NCBI GenBank assembly: GCA_963727445.1
Contig: CAVSGI010000004.1
Coordinates: forward strand, 192,001-256,000
Origin: an uncultured delta proteobacterium
GTDB taxonomy: Bacteria > Myxococcota_A > Polyangia > Polyangiales > B10-G4
DNA: 64,000 bases
Direction of reading: 5' to 3'
This document shows, one piece after another, positions 11,704 to 21,170 of this stretch. Under the pieces are notes generated by a model, which was not told where the DNA came from, did no database searches, and was given only the letters and a program-made list of their open reading frames with translations. The position numbers and the translations under genes were made by a program. Position 1 is the first letter of the stretch; every line of letters starts with the position of its first letter.

Positions 11704-11846
11704 GCTGGCAGGAGCCGGCCGTGGTCTTCGTCGTCGGCGCCGCCGTCGGCTACCTGGTGTGGAAGCTCCTCTTGCAGAAGGGGCCCCGCAAGAAGAAGCG
11801 GGGCCCCGACGTGAAGACCTCGGCCCTGACGCGCAAGAAGCGGTAG
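11700..11846 (+). CDS. Small FeoB-associated membrane protein (48 aa)
   Basis: GTG overlaps the feoB stop. MSWQEPAVVFVVGAAVGYLVWKLLLQKGPRKKKRGPDVKTSALTRKKR: one TM helix and a basic tail. Confidence 0.6.
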   Translation: MSWQEPAVVFVVGAAVGYLVWKLLLQKGPRKKKRGPDVKTSALTRKKR

Positions 11847-11866
11847 ACTAGACTAAAGAGTAGCAA

Positions 11867-13147
11867 TCAGCAGCCGTCGGGGCGTCGCCCCATGGCGCGA
11901 AGCGCCGCCCGAAGGTTCTGCAAGCGTCCCGGGCGACAGCCGCGGCCGCCGCCGCCAGCGCAGCAGCGCGACACTTCGGAGACCTCGTCCGCGTAGAGCG
12001 ATTGACCCTCCGCCTTTTCGAGGAAGGTGGTCAGGTCGGCCATCGCTTCGGTGAAGTCCTCGGGCGTGCCCTCGAGGTGGTCCTGATGGAGGATGCCAAG
12101 GTTGAACCACGCTTCGGGCCGTTCCGGGTCGAGGTTGCGGGCCATCTCGTAGCGCTGCTCGGCGTCGTCCATGCGCCCGAGCCCGCGCAGCGCGACGCCC
12201 CAGCCGATCAGCGCGTCGTAGCTGTCGGGGCGGAGCTCGGCGGCGCGAGCGAAAGCGCGCTCGGCGTCCTCGTAACCGCGAAAGCTCGAGGTGATCTGGC
12301 CGAAGTTCATCCACGCTTCGTAGAGCCCGGGGTCGAGGGTGAAGGCGCGCTCGAAGCGGCTGAGCGCATCGACGATGCGCCCCTGCTGCACGTTGATCAC
12401 GCCCCAGGTGTTGTAGAGCGGGGCGTAGTCGGGATCGATCTGGCGCGCCTGCTCGCACACCACCTCGGCGAGGGTGAGGGCCCGGATGTCGTCCGCCGAA
12501 CGGTCGAGGTGCACCAGCGCCATCTCGTGCAGCGCTTCCACGTAGCCCGACTCGATGGCGAGGGCCCGGCGAAGGTCGTTCAGCGCGCCGTCGAGCTCGC
12601 CGCGGCCGCGCTCGAGCTGCGCGACGTTGAGATACGCGTCCGCGCACTGCGCGTCCTTCGCGATCGCCGTCCTGAAGGATTGCTCCGCGCGATCCGCGCG
12701 GTCGCCGGCGAGCTGGGCCAGGCCGAGACCCACGCGCGCGCGACAGTGACTCTCGTCCGCCACCAGCGCCTCGCGATAGGCCTGGCTCGCGGCTGCACGA
12801 TCACCGCAGCGCTGATGCGCCATCCCCGCCATGTAGAGCGCATCCGCCGCGAGGTGCGGTTCGCGGGGCGTGTCGAGGGTCACCTCGGCGGCAGGCGTGC
12901 GCAGGGGCTCCGCCAGGCGGCGAAAGCGCGCGGCCACTTCCTCGCAGGCGGCTTCGGTCCACGAGCCCGCGGCGTCACGCGCCGTGAACGCCGCGACGGC
13001 ATCGTCGAGCTGCTCCTCCTGCTCCGCCCGCGTCGCTGGCGTCTCCGGATCGGGTCTGACCGCGGCGCTGCTGCCGCAACCGATGACCAATCCCACGAGG
13101 GCCGCGCTCGCGAGCCCGATCGCATGTGCATTTGAACGCTTCATCAT
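11867..13147 (-). CDS. TPR lipoprotein, GltE/AglT-like (gliding motility family)
   Basis: Lipobox VIGC, tandem TPRs, and YAPLYNTWG...EAWMNFGQITSSFRGYEDAERAF resembling GltE homologues. Confidence 0.65.
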   Translation of the reverse strand: MMKRSNAHAIGLASAALVGLVIGCGSSAAVRPDPETPATRAEQEEQLDDAVAAFTARDAAGSWTEAACEEVAARFRRLAEPLRTPAAEVTLDTPREPHLAADALYMAGMAHQRCGDRAAASQAYREALVADESHCRARVGLGLAQLAGDRADRAEQSFRTAIAKDAQCADAYLNVAQLERGRGELDGALNDLRRALAIESGYVEALHEMALVHLDRSADDIRALTLAEVVCEQARQIDPDYAPLYNTWGVINVQQGRIVDALSRFERAFTLDPGLYEAWMNFGQITSSFRGYEDAERAFARAAELRPDSYDALIGWGVALRGLGRMDDAEQRYEMARNLDPERPEAWFNLGILHQDHLEGTPEDFTEAMADLTTFLEKAEGQSLYADEVSEVSRCCAGGGGRGCRPGRLQNLRAALRAMGRRPDGC

Positions 13148-13374
13148 CTCTCCCTGACGACCCGCCACCGCCGGTCGCCTTGGGTCGTTCCCCACAGTGA
13201 TTCGCATCGCGCGCTCCGCGGTCGGGCACGCAACTTGAACAACGGTCGGGGATACCTTCGATTCCATCTCGAAAAGGCGGCTGATCTCGCGGAGCTCAGC
13301 CGTCCGCGGCCGCTCGACTGGCCGCCGCCTGCACGACTACCGGCCACTGGGGTGGCCGCAGCCAGAGGTACGCC

Positions 13375-14226
13375 ATGACCCGACGAAACGTTTTCTTCCT
13401 TCGCACGACCCTCGCGCTGGCCCTCGTGGGCGGCTTCCTCGGCCTTGCCGGTTGCGCGGCCGACACGTCCGAGCCCAAGGACGATGCGGCCCTCCTCGCC
13501 GAGGCGGGGGACATCGTGAGCAACAAGGACGACACCTGGTGGGCGCCCACCCAGATGGGGCCGATCGCGTCCGGCGAGACGTTGACCGCGGAGTTCGGTC
13601 GTTCGGTGCGTTACCTCGCGTGGACCTTCGACGCGCGGCAGGACGACACCATCCGCCTGCGCGCGGACGGCGCTGACGGAGCGTTCATGGACACGGTGCT
13701 CTATCTCTTCGAAGCCGACGCCGACGGACGGCCCACGGCGTTCGTCGACTACAACGACGACGACGGCGCGTCCTACGCTTCACGCATCGAGGTCGCGGCG
13801 CCTTCTTCGGGTTCCTACGTGGCGATGGTTCGTCGTTACGATCGGCGGCCGTGGGGTGTCGCCGCGCTCAGCCTCGAGCTCGAGGCCGCGGGGCCTGGCT
13901 TCTGCGGCGGCATCGCCGGCTTCGGTTGTCCCGAGGGACAGTACTGCGCGTACGACGTGGGCATCTGCGGCCGCGGCGATCAGGCGGGTTCCTGCCGCGA
14001 GGTCCCGGACGCCTGCACCCGCGAGTTTGCTCCCGTGTGTGGATGCGACGGAAGCGACTACTCGAACGCGTGCGAGGCGGCCGCGGCCGGCGTCTCCGTC
14101 GACCACGAAGGAGAGTGCGAGACCGAGCCCGCGGGCTGTGGCGAGAGCGGTCCCTGCCCCGAGGGCTCGACGTGTCAGTACTGCTGGGGGAGCTTCGCGT
14201 GCGTCCCCGAAGGCGCGGTGTGCTGA
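13375..14226 (+). CDS. Lipoprotein with PPC-like and Kazal-type Cys-rich domains
   Basis: LAGC lipobox; DTVLYLF...YNDDDG PPC-like segment; CTREFAPVCGCDGSDYSNACEA Kazal motif. Confidence 0.75.
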   Translation: MTRRNVFFLRTTLALALVGGFLGLAGCAADTSEPKDDAALLAEAGDIVSNKDDTWWAPTQMGPIASGETLTAEFGRSVRYLAWTFDARQDDTIRLRADGADGAFMDTVLYLFEADADGRPTAFVDYNDDDGASYASRIEVAAPSSGSYVAMVRRYDRRPWGVAALSLELEAAGPGFCGGIAGFGCPEGQYCAYDVGICGRGDQAGSCREVPDACTREFAPVCGCDGSDYSNACEAAAAGVSVDHEGECETEPAGCGESGPCPEGSTCQYCWGSFACVPEGAVC

Positions 14227-14245
14227 CGAACGCTGGCGCCTGAGC

Positions 14246-15970
14246 TCAGTGGCGTCGCGCTGGGAGCCCCACGCCCGGGGAGCCGAAGGATGGCGCGGCG
14301 CGATGCTGCGAGGGCATGGCGTGGCGCGTGACCGGCCGTTGCAGGGTGCGCTGCTGCGAGGAGCTCGGAGCGCGCACCGCCGGCCCGCGCGAGCCGCCGA
14401 AGCTCGGCGACGGACCGCTGGGACGGGCGACCGGCGCGGCGTGATGTGGCGCGGGGGCGGGCGCCGGGCGCGCGCCGAAGGCGCTCCCGAAGGAGGGCGC
14501 GGGGCGCGGCGCCGGACGCGGCGCGGGCCGCGCGGCGAAGCCGCCGCCGAAAGAAGGCGCAGGGCGCGGTGAGGGGGCGATGCTCGGCGTGGCCGGTCGC
14601 GGCGCCGGGCGCGGGGCGAAGGCGCTCCCGAAGGAGGGCCGAGGCGCTGGCGCCGCCGGGCGCGCACTCGGCGCTGGGGGGCTCGGCCGAGGGGCGGTGG
14701 CGACGCCGGGCGAGACGGAGGGTCGCCCCCAGCTCGGCGCGGCGGGCTGCGGCGCGGCCTGAGGCGGCTGCACGGTGGGTCCGCGCACCACGGTCACGCC
14801 GGGGGTCGGACCGCTCGGGCGCGGCGTCACGCGGGGGCGCGGCCTGAGCTGGCGTGCCGCCTCGTACTGACGGGCGCGCTCGACGGCGGCCCGCACCTCC
14901 GCGTCGCTGGCCTCCCGACCGTAGGCGCCGGCTTCCCACTGCGGGGCGTCGGGGACGCGTGAGCCGATCACGCGACTGGCCGCGGAGGGCCGCGGCGGCG
15001 GCGCGCGGCGCACCCAGTGGTCCCGCGCTGCGCGCGAGAGCGCGTCGTCGGCGGGACGCGGGGGCGAGGAGAGGACCACTGTCGGGCGTCCGGGGCCGGC
15101 GACGCGGACCGAGGGGCGCGCAGCGCCGTCGACGCCCACCGTGGGACGAGCCCCTGCGGCGACGGCGACGGAGGGGCGGTCGCCCGAGCGCACGCGCACC
15201 GTCGGCCGGGTCCGCGCCGAGCGGCCACCCGGCGCGGGTCGCGAGCGGCCGACGTAGACGCGGTCGAGGGGGCGCTGGTGAACCGTCACGTGGCGATCGC
15301 CGAGCCAACGCGGGGAGGGCCCCGGGCAGTAGCCCCACCCGCCGGGCGCGGTGGTCCAGGAGACGAGCGAGGACGCACCCCAGAGCGAGCTCACGAGCGT
15401 CGGCGGGGCGTAATAGGTGTAGACGTCCTGATAGAAGATGTAGTTCACGTCGACGAAGACCCACTGCTGTGCCGGCGGGACCGTCTGCCAGCCGTCGGGA
15501 CCGAGGGGTGCCCAACCCACCATCGTCTCGGTGTCGCGCCAGTTGACCCACGCGGGGCCCCACTGGTCGTCGGGGATCCACACCCATTGATCGTCGGCGT
15601 AGACCCACCGACCGTAGTGCTCGGTGGCCCAGCCCCACTCGGTGTCGGCGACCCAGGTGAAGCCGTAGTCGGTGTAGACCCAGTACCCCTTCTGGTAGGG
15701 GACGTAGGAGGGGTCGTTGGCCGTCCAGACGGTGCCGTAGGGCTCCATCTCGTAGAACGTCCCGTAGGGCGCGAGCTCCTCGTAGAAGACCTCCACCGTG
15801 ATCTGTTGTTGTGCGGGGGCTGCCGTGGCGATCTCGGTCGGCTGCTCGACGTAGTCCACGCCTCCGGGGGTGGTGTGGATGGTGGCGGAGGCGGTGGTCT
15901 CGTAACCGGGCGCGGGGCCGCAGGCGACGAGGAGGAGCGGGGTGGCCGCGAGGACAAGGCGCACGATCAT
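14246..15970 (-). CDS. DUF6600-like lipoprotein with long Pro/Arg/Ala-rich tail
   Basis: FYEELAPYG...PYQKGYWVYTDYGFTWV...WGWATEHYGRW...WGPAWVNWR...VGWAPL; LVAC lipobox; start at 15970 or GTG 15964. Confidence 0.8.
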   Translation of the reverse strand: MIVRLVLAATPLLLVACGPAPGYETTASATIHTTPGGVDYVEQPTEIATAAPAQQQITVEVFYEELAPYGTFYEMEPYGTVWTANDPSYVPYQKGYWVYTDYGFTWVADTEWGWATEHYGRWVYADDQWVWIPDDQWGPAWVNWRDTETMVGWAPLGPDGWQTVPPAQQWVFVDVNYIFYQDVYTYYAPPTLVSSLWGASSLVSWTTAPGGWGYCPGPSPRWLGDRHVTVHQRPLDRVYVGRSRPAPGGRSARTRPTVRVRSGDRPSVAVAAGARPTVGVDGAARPSVRVAGPGRPTVVLSSPPRPADDALSRAARDHWVRRAPPPRPSAASRVIGSRVPDAPQWEAGAYGREASDAEVRAAVERARQYEAARQLRPRPRVTPRPSGPTPGVTVVRGPTVQPPQAAPQPAAPSWGRPSVSPGVATAPRPSPPAPSARPAAPAPRPSFGSAFAPRPAPRPATPSIAPSPRPAPSFGGGFAARPAPRPAPRPAPSFGSAFGARPAPAPAPHHAAPVARPSGPSPSFGGSRGPAVRAPSSSQQRTLQRPVTRHAMPSQHRAAPSFGSPGVGLPARRH

Positions 15971-16095
15971 CACGGTACAGATTGCGAATGATCGCGTCGA
16001 TGCGCCTGTCGAAAACGAGGCCCTGAGCCAAAAAGAAGGGGGTCCAGGCACGGAAAACCGGCCTCGACCCCCTCGATCGCGCCTCAGGCCGGCTC

Positions 16096-18000
16096 TCAGT
16101 GGGCCGCCCGGGTCCTTCGCGCCCGGGCGATGGCCCGGCGCTCGTTGGCGATCCGGCCGCCGAAAGGCGCCTCGATCTCGTCACCGGTCTCGGCGATGAT
16201 CTCGATGACCTGAGCCGGGGTCAGGGCCGGATTGACCGACAACATCTTGCCCGCGAGGTTCGCCACGTTGGGCGAAGCCATCGAGGTGCCGCTCAGCGGC
16301 ACGGTCTCACCGTTCGGGATCAGGCTCTCGACCTCCACGCCGTGGTCGAAGACCCGTACCCGCTCCGGGCCCGAGTTGGTGAAGGTGGCCCAGCCGCCGA
16401 AGCGGTCGACAGCGCCCACGGCCATCATGTTCGGCGCCTCGATGCTCGCCGACACCGTGCCGTACTCGACCACGTCGCGATTGGAGTTGCCCGCGGCCAC
16501 GACGAAGAGGGTGTTCGGGCACTGCTCGAAGACCTGCGCCCAGGTGGCGCGGCGGTATGCCTGCACGGCCTCGGCGCGCGCATGCACCTCCTCGGGGGTC
16601 GTGTAGCGGTCGTGCTCGTAGCGAAGCTGATCCTCGACGTAGTCGGTGGAGAAGCCGAGGCTCGCGTTGACCACCTTGATCTCGTGGCGGTTGATGAAGT
16701 CGGCGATCGCCTCGACGTTCGCCCGCTCGGCGGCGAGCTCCTCGTCGGTGGGGCCGCGGTGGTGGTAGACGCGCGCTTCGCCCGCCCACGCCGAGCGGAA
16801 GATCGCGAGACGCGCGTGTGGATTGCCGGCGACCATGATCCCCGCGACGTGCGTGCCGTGGGCCCACTCGCCCACTTTGTCGAGGTTGTCCTCGAGGCTC
16901 TCTACCGCCTCCACGCTGTCCGCGCCGCGCATCAGCTCGAGCACCGCCTGGGCGGGCTCGGTGGAGGCCATGCCCGCGCGCAGATCCATGATGCCGCGCA
17001 AGAAGGGGCCGTACTCCGTGATCACCTCCTCGCCCGGCTCGAAGAGCAGCGCGGTGTTCGGTGCGTCGCCATCGGCGACCAGGCCGTGGATGTCGTCGAT
17101 CTGGCCGTTTCCGTCGTCATCCTCACCGTTGGGCTGCTCGGCGTCGTTGGTGAAGAGCTGCTCTTCGAAGAGCGCCGGATTGGTGCCGCAGTCCCACACC
17201 GCGATGTTCACTGGCTGGGCGCGACGGTCGTTGCTCAGGTCGACGGTGGAGAAGCGATAGGGACGTGGCGCGCGGCCGTGCTCGTGTTCCGCCTGCACCG
17301 TCGCGATGGCGTCGAGGAAGGTCTGACGGCTGCCGACGATGTCGGGCATGATCCCGTCGAAGAAGAGCACGCTCGACGCGGTTTCGAGGGAGAGCATCTG
17401 CTGCTTGGTCTGCGCGACGCGCGCCGCGAGCTGCTCGGGGGTCTGGAAGAGCTGGAAGAGCACGGTCGCCGAGCCGAAACGGGACTGTGGGAGCTCGCGG
17501 AAGACCTCCGCGATGGCCGCCTTCTGCGCTTCGGCGTCGTCACCCGCCTTGCGCCGCGCGATCTCCGCGAGGAGGGTGGTGCCGGCGTAGGCGCTGTTGC
17601 GATTGCGCGCGCGGGTGCGGATCAGCTTCACCGTCTTGTCTGCGGCCTCCACATCGCCGGCCGCGAGGGCGACCACCGCCAGATCGAAGAGCCGCTCCAC
17701 CGTCCGGCCCTGGAGCTCCGGCGCGGAGGAGGGGTCTTCGCGGTAGGCGTCGAGCTGCGCGAGATCGAAGTCGGGCTGGACCTCGGCGATCCGTTCGCGG
17801 GCGCGCGCGTCGACGTAGACCGGCAGACCGTGCTCGTCCATCGCGACCCAGGGGTCGACAGTCTCGGGCTCGGCGCTCGTGACGGTGGGGCCGACCTCGG
17901 CGGTCGTGGTGGTCGTCGTCGACTCAGTTTGCGGGGTGCTCCCGCAGGCGAGGGCGATGAGAGCGAGGAGGAGGCAGAGAGTGAGAGCGGTGGATCGCAT
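16096..18000 (-). CDS. Subtilisin-like S8 peptidase lipoprotein with N-terminal helical domain
   Basis: Catalytic triad motifs IAVWDCG, HGTHVAG and GTSMASP; AAGN oxyanion motif; ALAC lipobox. Confidence 0.88.
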   Translation of the reverse strand: MRSTALTLCLLLALIALACGSTPQTESTTTTTTAEVGPTVTSAEPETVDPWVAMDEHGLPVYVDARARERIAEVQPDFDLAQLDAYREDPSSAPELQGRTVERLFDLAVVALAAGDVEAADKTVKLIRTRARNRNSAYAGTTLLAEIARRKAGDDAEAQKAAIAEVFRELPQSRFGSATVLFQLFQTPEQLAARVAQTKQQMLSLETASSVLFFDGIMPDIVGSRQTFLDAIATVQAEHEHGRAPRPYRFSTVDLSNDRRAQPVNIAVWDCGTNPALFEEQLFTNDAEQPNGEDDDGNGQIDDIHGLVADGDAPNTALLFEPGEEVITEYGPFLRGIMDLRAGMASTEPAQAVLELMRGADSVEAVESLEDNLDKVGEWAHGTHVAGIMVAGNPHARLAIFRSAWAGEARVYHHRGPTDEELAAERANVEAIADFINRHEIKVVNASLGFSTDYVEDQLRYEHDRYTTPEEVHARAEAVQAYRRATWAQVFEQCPNTLFVVAAGNSNRDVVEYGTVSASIEAPNMMAVGAVDRFGGWATFTNSGPERVRVFDHGVEVESLIPNGETVPLSGTSMASPNVANLAGKMLSVNPALTPAQVIEIIAETGDEIEAPFGGRIANERRAIARARRTRAAH

Positions 18001-18194
18001 GGCGCGGGCATACAACCCCCATCGCGCCCCCGTTGCAACACACCCGCGATCGCGGCCTGGGGGACACGGCGCGCTTCCGGAATCCTTGGGGTTTATCGGC
18101 GGCACCGGCCGTGCACTTTCGCACCTTCGTGCGTAGCTTCAATTCACCGCTGCTGGTTGACCCTCCCTCGACCCCCGATTAACGAATCCGCTCG

Positions 18195-19349
18195 ATGCAC
18201 TCACCCGACGAGACGATGGCCTTCCGGCCGCGCCTGAGCAGGCCCGAGGACACCCTGCGACCGACGCGGGCGGAGATCGATCTCCGGGCCATCGCGCACA
18301 ACCTCGGCGTGCTTCGGGGGGTGGCGGCGGGTGCGCGCATCCTTTCCGTGATCAAGGCGGACGCCTATGGGCACGGGATCGTGCCAGTGGCCCGGGTCCT
18401 CGAGGCCGAGGGGGTCGATGGCTTCGGCGTGGCGCTCACGGAGGAGGGGCTCGAGCTTCGAGAGGCGGGCGTCGCCGGCGAGATCCTGGTCTTGAACGGC
18501 GTCTATGGCGGGGCGCACGGCGAGGTGCTCGAGGCGAGGCTGACGCCGGTCGTCTACGACCTGTCGGAGGTGGATGCCTTCGCTCGCGCGGCGGCCGAGG
18601 ACCGGCCCGTCATGCTTCATCTGAAGGTCGACACCGGCATGAGTCGACTCGGCGTTCCGCACGATCTGGTCGAGCTCTTCCTCGACGGGCTCGAAGCCCA
18701 TCCAGGGGTGCGCATCGCGGGGGTGATGACGCACCTGGCGGCCGCGGATACCGATCCCGAGTTCACGGCGCTGCAGCTCCGACGTTTCGACCAGGCGGTG
18801 AGCCGCATTCGCGCCAGAGGTCAGACGCCGACGACCATTCACGCCGCCAACACGGCGGGCACCTTCCTCCATCCCGCGTCCCGCTACGACCAGGTCCGGC
18901 CCGGGATCTCGCTCTTCGGGTACGCGCCCGGCGCGGAGGGGGCGCGTGCGCTCCGCCCGGCCATGCGCCTTCGCACCGAGATCATCGCGCTCCGCGATCT
19001 CGCACCCGGTGCGAGCGTGGGATACGACCGCACCTTCCGCGCCGAAGGGCCGATGCGCGTCGCCACCGTGCCCATGGGATACGGCGACGGCCTCATGCGA
19101 CACCTGAGCAACCGGGGCGCGATGCTGGTCGGAGGTCTTCGGTGTCCCATCGTGGGCCGCGTTTCCATGGACCTGACGACGATCGACGTGAGCGCGCATC
19201 CGGGCGCGCGGGTCGGCGACGAGGTGGTGGTGCTCGGGGCGCAGGGCGAGGCGACCCTCGACGCCGAGGAGATCGCCGACGCGGCGGGCACCATCCCCTA
19301 CGAGATCCTGACGAACGTCTCGCGGCGTGTGCCGCGCGTCTACATTTGA
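18195..19349 (+). CDS. alr: Alanine racemase
   Basis: VIKADAYGHG (PLP Lys), HLKVDTGMSRLG, GYGDG, GRVSMD and TIPYEIL. Confidence 0.96.
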   Translation: MHSPDETMAFRPRLSRPEDTLRPTRAEIDLRAIAHNLGVLRGVAAGARILSVIKADAYGHGIVPVARVLEAEGVDGFGVALTEEGLELREAGVAGEILVLNGVYGGAHGEVLEARLTPVVYDLSEVDAFARAAAEDRPVMLHLKVDTGMSRLGVPHDLVELFLDGLEAHPGVRIAGVMTHLAAADTDPEFTALQLRRFDQAVSRIRARGQTPTTIHAANTAGTFLHPASRYDQVRPGISLFGYAPGAEGARALRPAMRLRTEIIALRDLAPGASVGYDRTFRAEGPMRVATVPMGYGDGLMRHLSNRGAMLVGGLRCPIVGRVSMDLTTIDVSAHPGARVGDEVVVLGAQGEATLDAEEIADAAGTIPYEILTNVSRRVPRVYI

Positions 19350-19457
19350 CGTCCTGAACAGACGAAAGGCGAGGCGCCTCGCCACCACGCGTGGCGAAAC
19401 GCCCCGGTCCCAGGGGTGTGGCGCAGAGCCTGCGTCCGCACACGGCCTGATCTGGCC

Positions 19458-19474
19458 CTGGCACGGAGGATGCT
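19458..19474 (+). promoter_or_regulatory. sigma54 -24/-12 promoter
   Basis: CTGGCACGGAGGATGCT (GG-N10-GC), 23 nt before ATG 19498. Confidence 0.65.
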
Positions 19475-19497
19475 CCTTCTCTGATCGGGTTTGCGCG

Positions 19498-19926
19498 ATG
19501 TCGAAGTCCAAAGCGGCCGCTGAGTGGCCCCACTCGAGACGGCGGATTCTTCTAGCCGAAGACGACGACGACTTTCGCGAGGCCTTGGCGCTCGCGCTGC
19601 GAAACTACGGCTATGAGGTGATCGAGGTGACGAGCGGACAAGACGTGGTGAAGTACCTGCAATCGATCACGCTTCAGGATGCGATGAAGCCCCGGATCCA
19701 CGCCCTCGTCACGGATCTCCGGATGCCTGACGTGAACGGCATGATGCTTTTGCAGCACCTGGTGAGCCTGGGTTACGAGCTCCCCACGGTCATGATGACG
19801 GCTTTTGGAGACGCCGAGACGCGGCGGGAGGCGGACGAGCTCGGGGCGGTGGCTTTTCTTCCCAAGCCCTTCGCCGTCGAAGACCTCGAGACCTTGCTTG
19901 ACCGTATCACGGGCGCTCCTACGTGA
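19498..19926 (+). CDS. Single-domain response regulator (receiver)
   Basis: ILLAEDD, LVTDLRMPDVNG, MTAFG and FLPKPF. Confidence 0.9.
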   Translation: MSKSKAAAEWPHSRRRILLAEDDDDFREALALALRNYGYEVIEVTSGQDVVKYLQSITLQDAMKPRIHALVTDLRMPDVNGMMLLQHLVSLGYELPTVMMTAFGDAETRREADELGAVAFLPKPFAVEDLETLLDRITGAPT

Positions 19927-21170
19927 CGTCGGTGGATCGCGAAGGGCGCGCCCTGGTACTCATCGTCGAGGACAGCCAGGCGATACAACGGTTGCTCATC
20001 GACAGCCTGACGCCGGAATACGCGACGGTGACGGCCTGCGATGGTGAAGATGCCCTGCGCATCGCGGTCCGGGAGCGGCCCGACCTGGTGATCCTGGACC
20101 TCCTCTTGCCGGTCATGGATGGGGAGTCGTTGGTGGAGGAGCTGCGGGCGGTCGACGCGCTCGAAGACATGCCCATCCTCATGCTCACCGCGAGCGCCGA
20201 CTCCGCGCGCCTCACGCGCCTCCTCGAGGGGCCGGTGCAGGACGTGGTGCGCAAGCCCTTCGACAACGCCGAGGTACGCGCGCGGGTCGGCAACCTGCTG
20301 GCGGAGAAACGCACCCGCGACCTCTTGAACGAGACTATCGGTAAGCACGAGACCAACCTGGTTCGATTGGCCGAGCAGGTCGCGGCTCAACAAACGGCCC
20401 TCCGCAACGCACGCCAGGCCGCCGAGCAGGCCAACCGGGTCAAGACCAGCTTCCTCCGGACGATGTCCCACGAGCTCCGAACGCCCATCACCGCGATGGA
20501 GATCCAGATGAACATCTTCGAGCGCGATCCGGAGAGCGCGCTCTCGGACAAGGCGCGGCTCGGGATGGCGCGCCTCGCACGCTCCACCAAGCGGCTGAGA
20601 TGGATCATCGATACGGTCATGGCCTGGGCGCAGATCGAAGGCGGTCGCTATGAGCTGGACATCTCGCGCATCGACATGGCGAGGCTCGTCGCGGAGGTGA
20701 AGAGCGAGCTCGACGAGTTCGCGCACTTGCGACGCGTGAGCATCGAGTGCGAGGTGGAGGACGACGCGATCGTCTGGTCGGACCGGAGCCTGAGCCGGCT
20801 GATCATCCTGAATCTCCTGAGCCGTGCCGTACAGGACACCGCGAGGGGACGGGTCGTCGTCACCGCGGGGCCCTCGCGGGACGGCGGTGTCTGGGTCGGC
20901 GTACGCGACGGAGCGTCGCGGCTCTCCGAGGCGGAGGAGCGGCAGCTCTTCCGCCCCCATCACGAGTGCGAGCCGCTTCATAAGCGCTCGGGGAGCGGCT
21001 CGGGGCTCGAGCTCCACATCGTTTGGGACATCGCCAGAGCCGTCGATGGCACCGTCGACCTCGAGCGAGACTCCTCTCCGGGCAACCTCCTGATGCTCTC
21101 CCTGCCGAAGCTCTCACGGGGCCGCACCACCGCGACCTACGCGCGGCCGGTTCATCCCGAGGAGCACTGA
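19923..21170 (+). CDS. Hybrid receiver + histidine kinase (HisKA, degenerate HATPase)
   Basis: LIVED, ILDLLLPVMDG and RKPF; H-box MSHELRTP; atypical N and G boxes (NLLSRA, GSGLEL). Confidence 0.85.
   Translation: MTSVDREGRALVLIVEDSQAIQRLLIDSLTPEYATVTACDGEDALRIAVRERPDLVILDLLLPVMDGESLVEELRAVDALEDMPILMLTASADSARLTRLLEGPVQDVVRKPFDNAEVRARVGNLLAEKRTRDLLNETIGKHETNLVRLAEQVAAQQTALRNARQAAEQANRVKTSFLRTMSHELRTPITAMEIQMNIFERDPESALSDKARLGMARLARSTKRLRWIIDTVMAWAQIEGGRYELDISRIDMARLVAEVKSELDEFAHLRRVSIECEVEDDAIVWSDRSLSRLIILNLLSRAVQDTARGRVVVTAGPSRDGGVWVGVRDGASRLSEAEERQLFRPHHECEPLHKRSGSGSGLELHIVWDIARAVDGTVDLERDSSPGNLLMLSLPKLSRGRTTATYARPVHPEEH

Noticed and set aside
18099..18115. sigma54-like element upstream of alr (GCGGCACCGGCCGTGCA); weaker one at ~13224
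   Set aside because: These are GC-rich matches that could arise by chance, and the 13224 site lacks the -12 GC.
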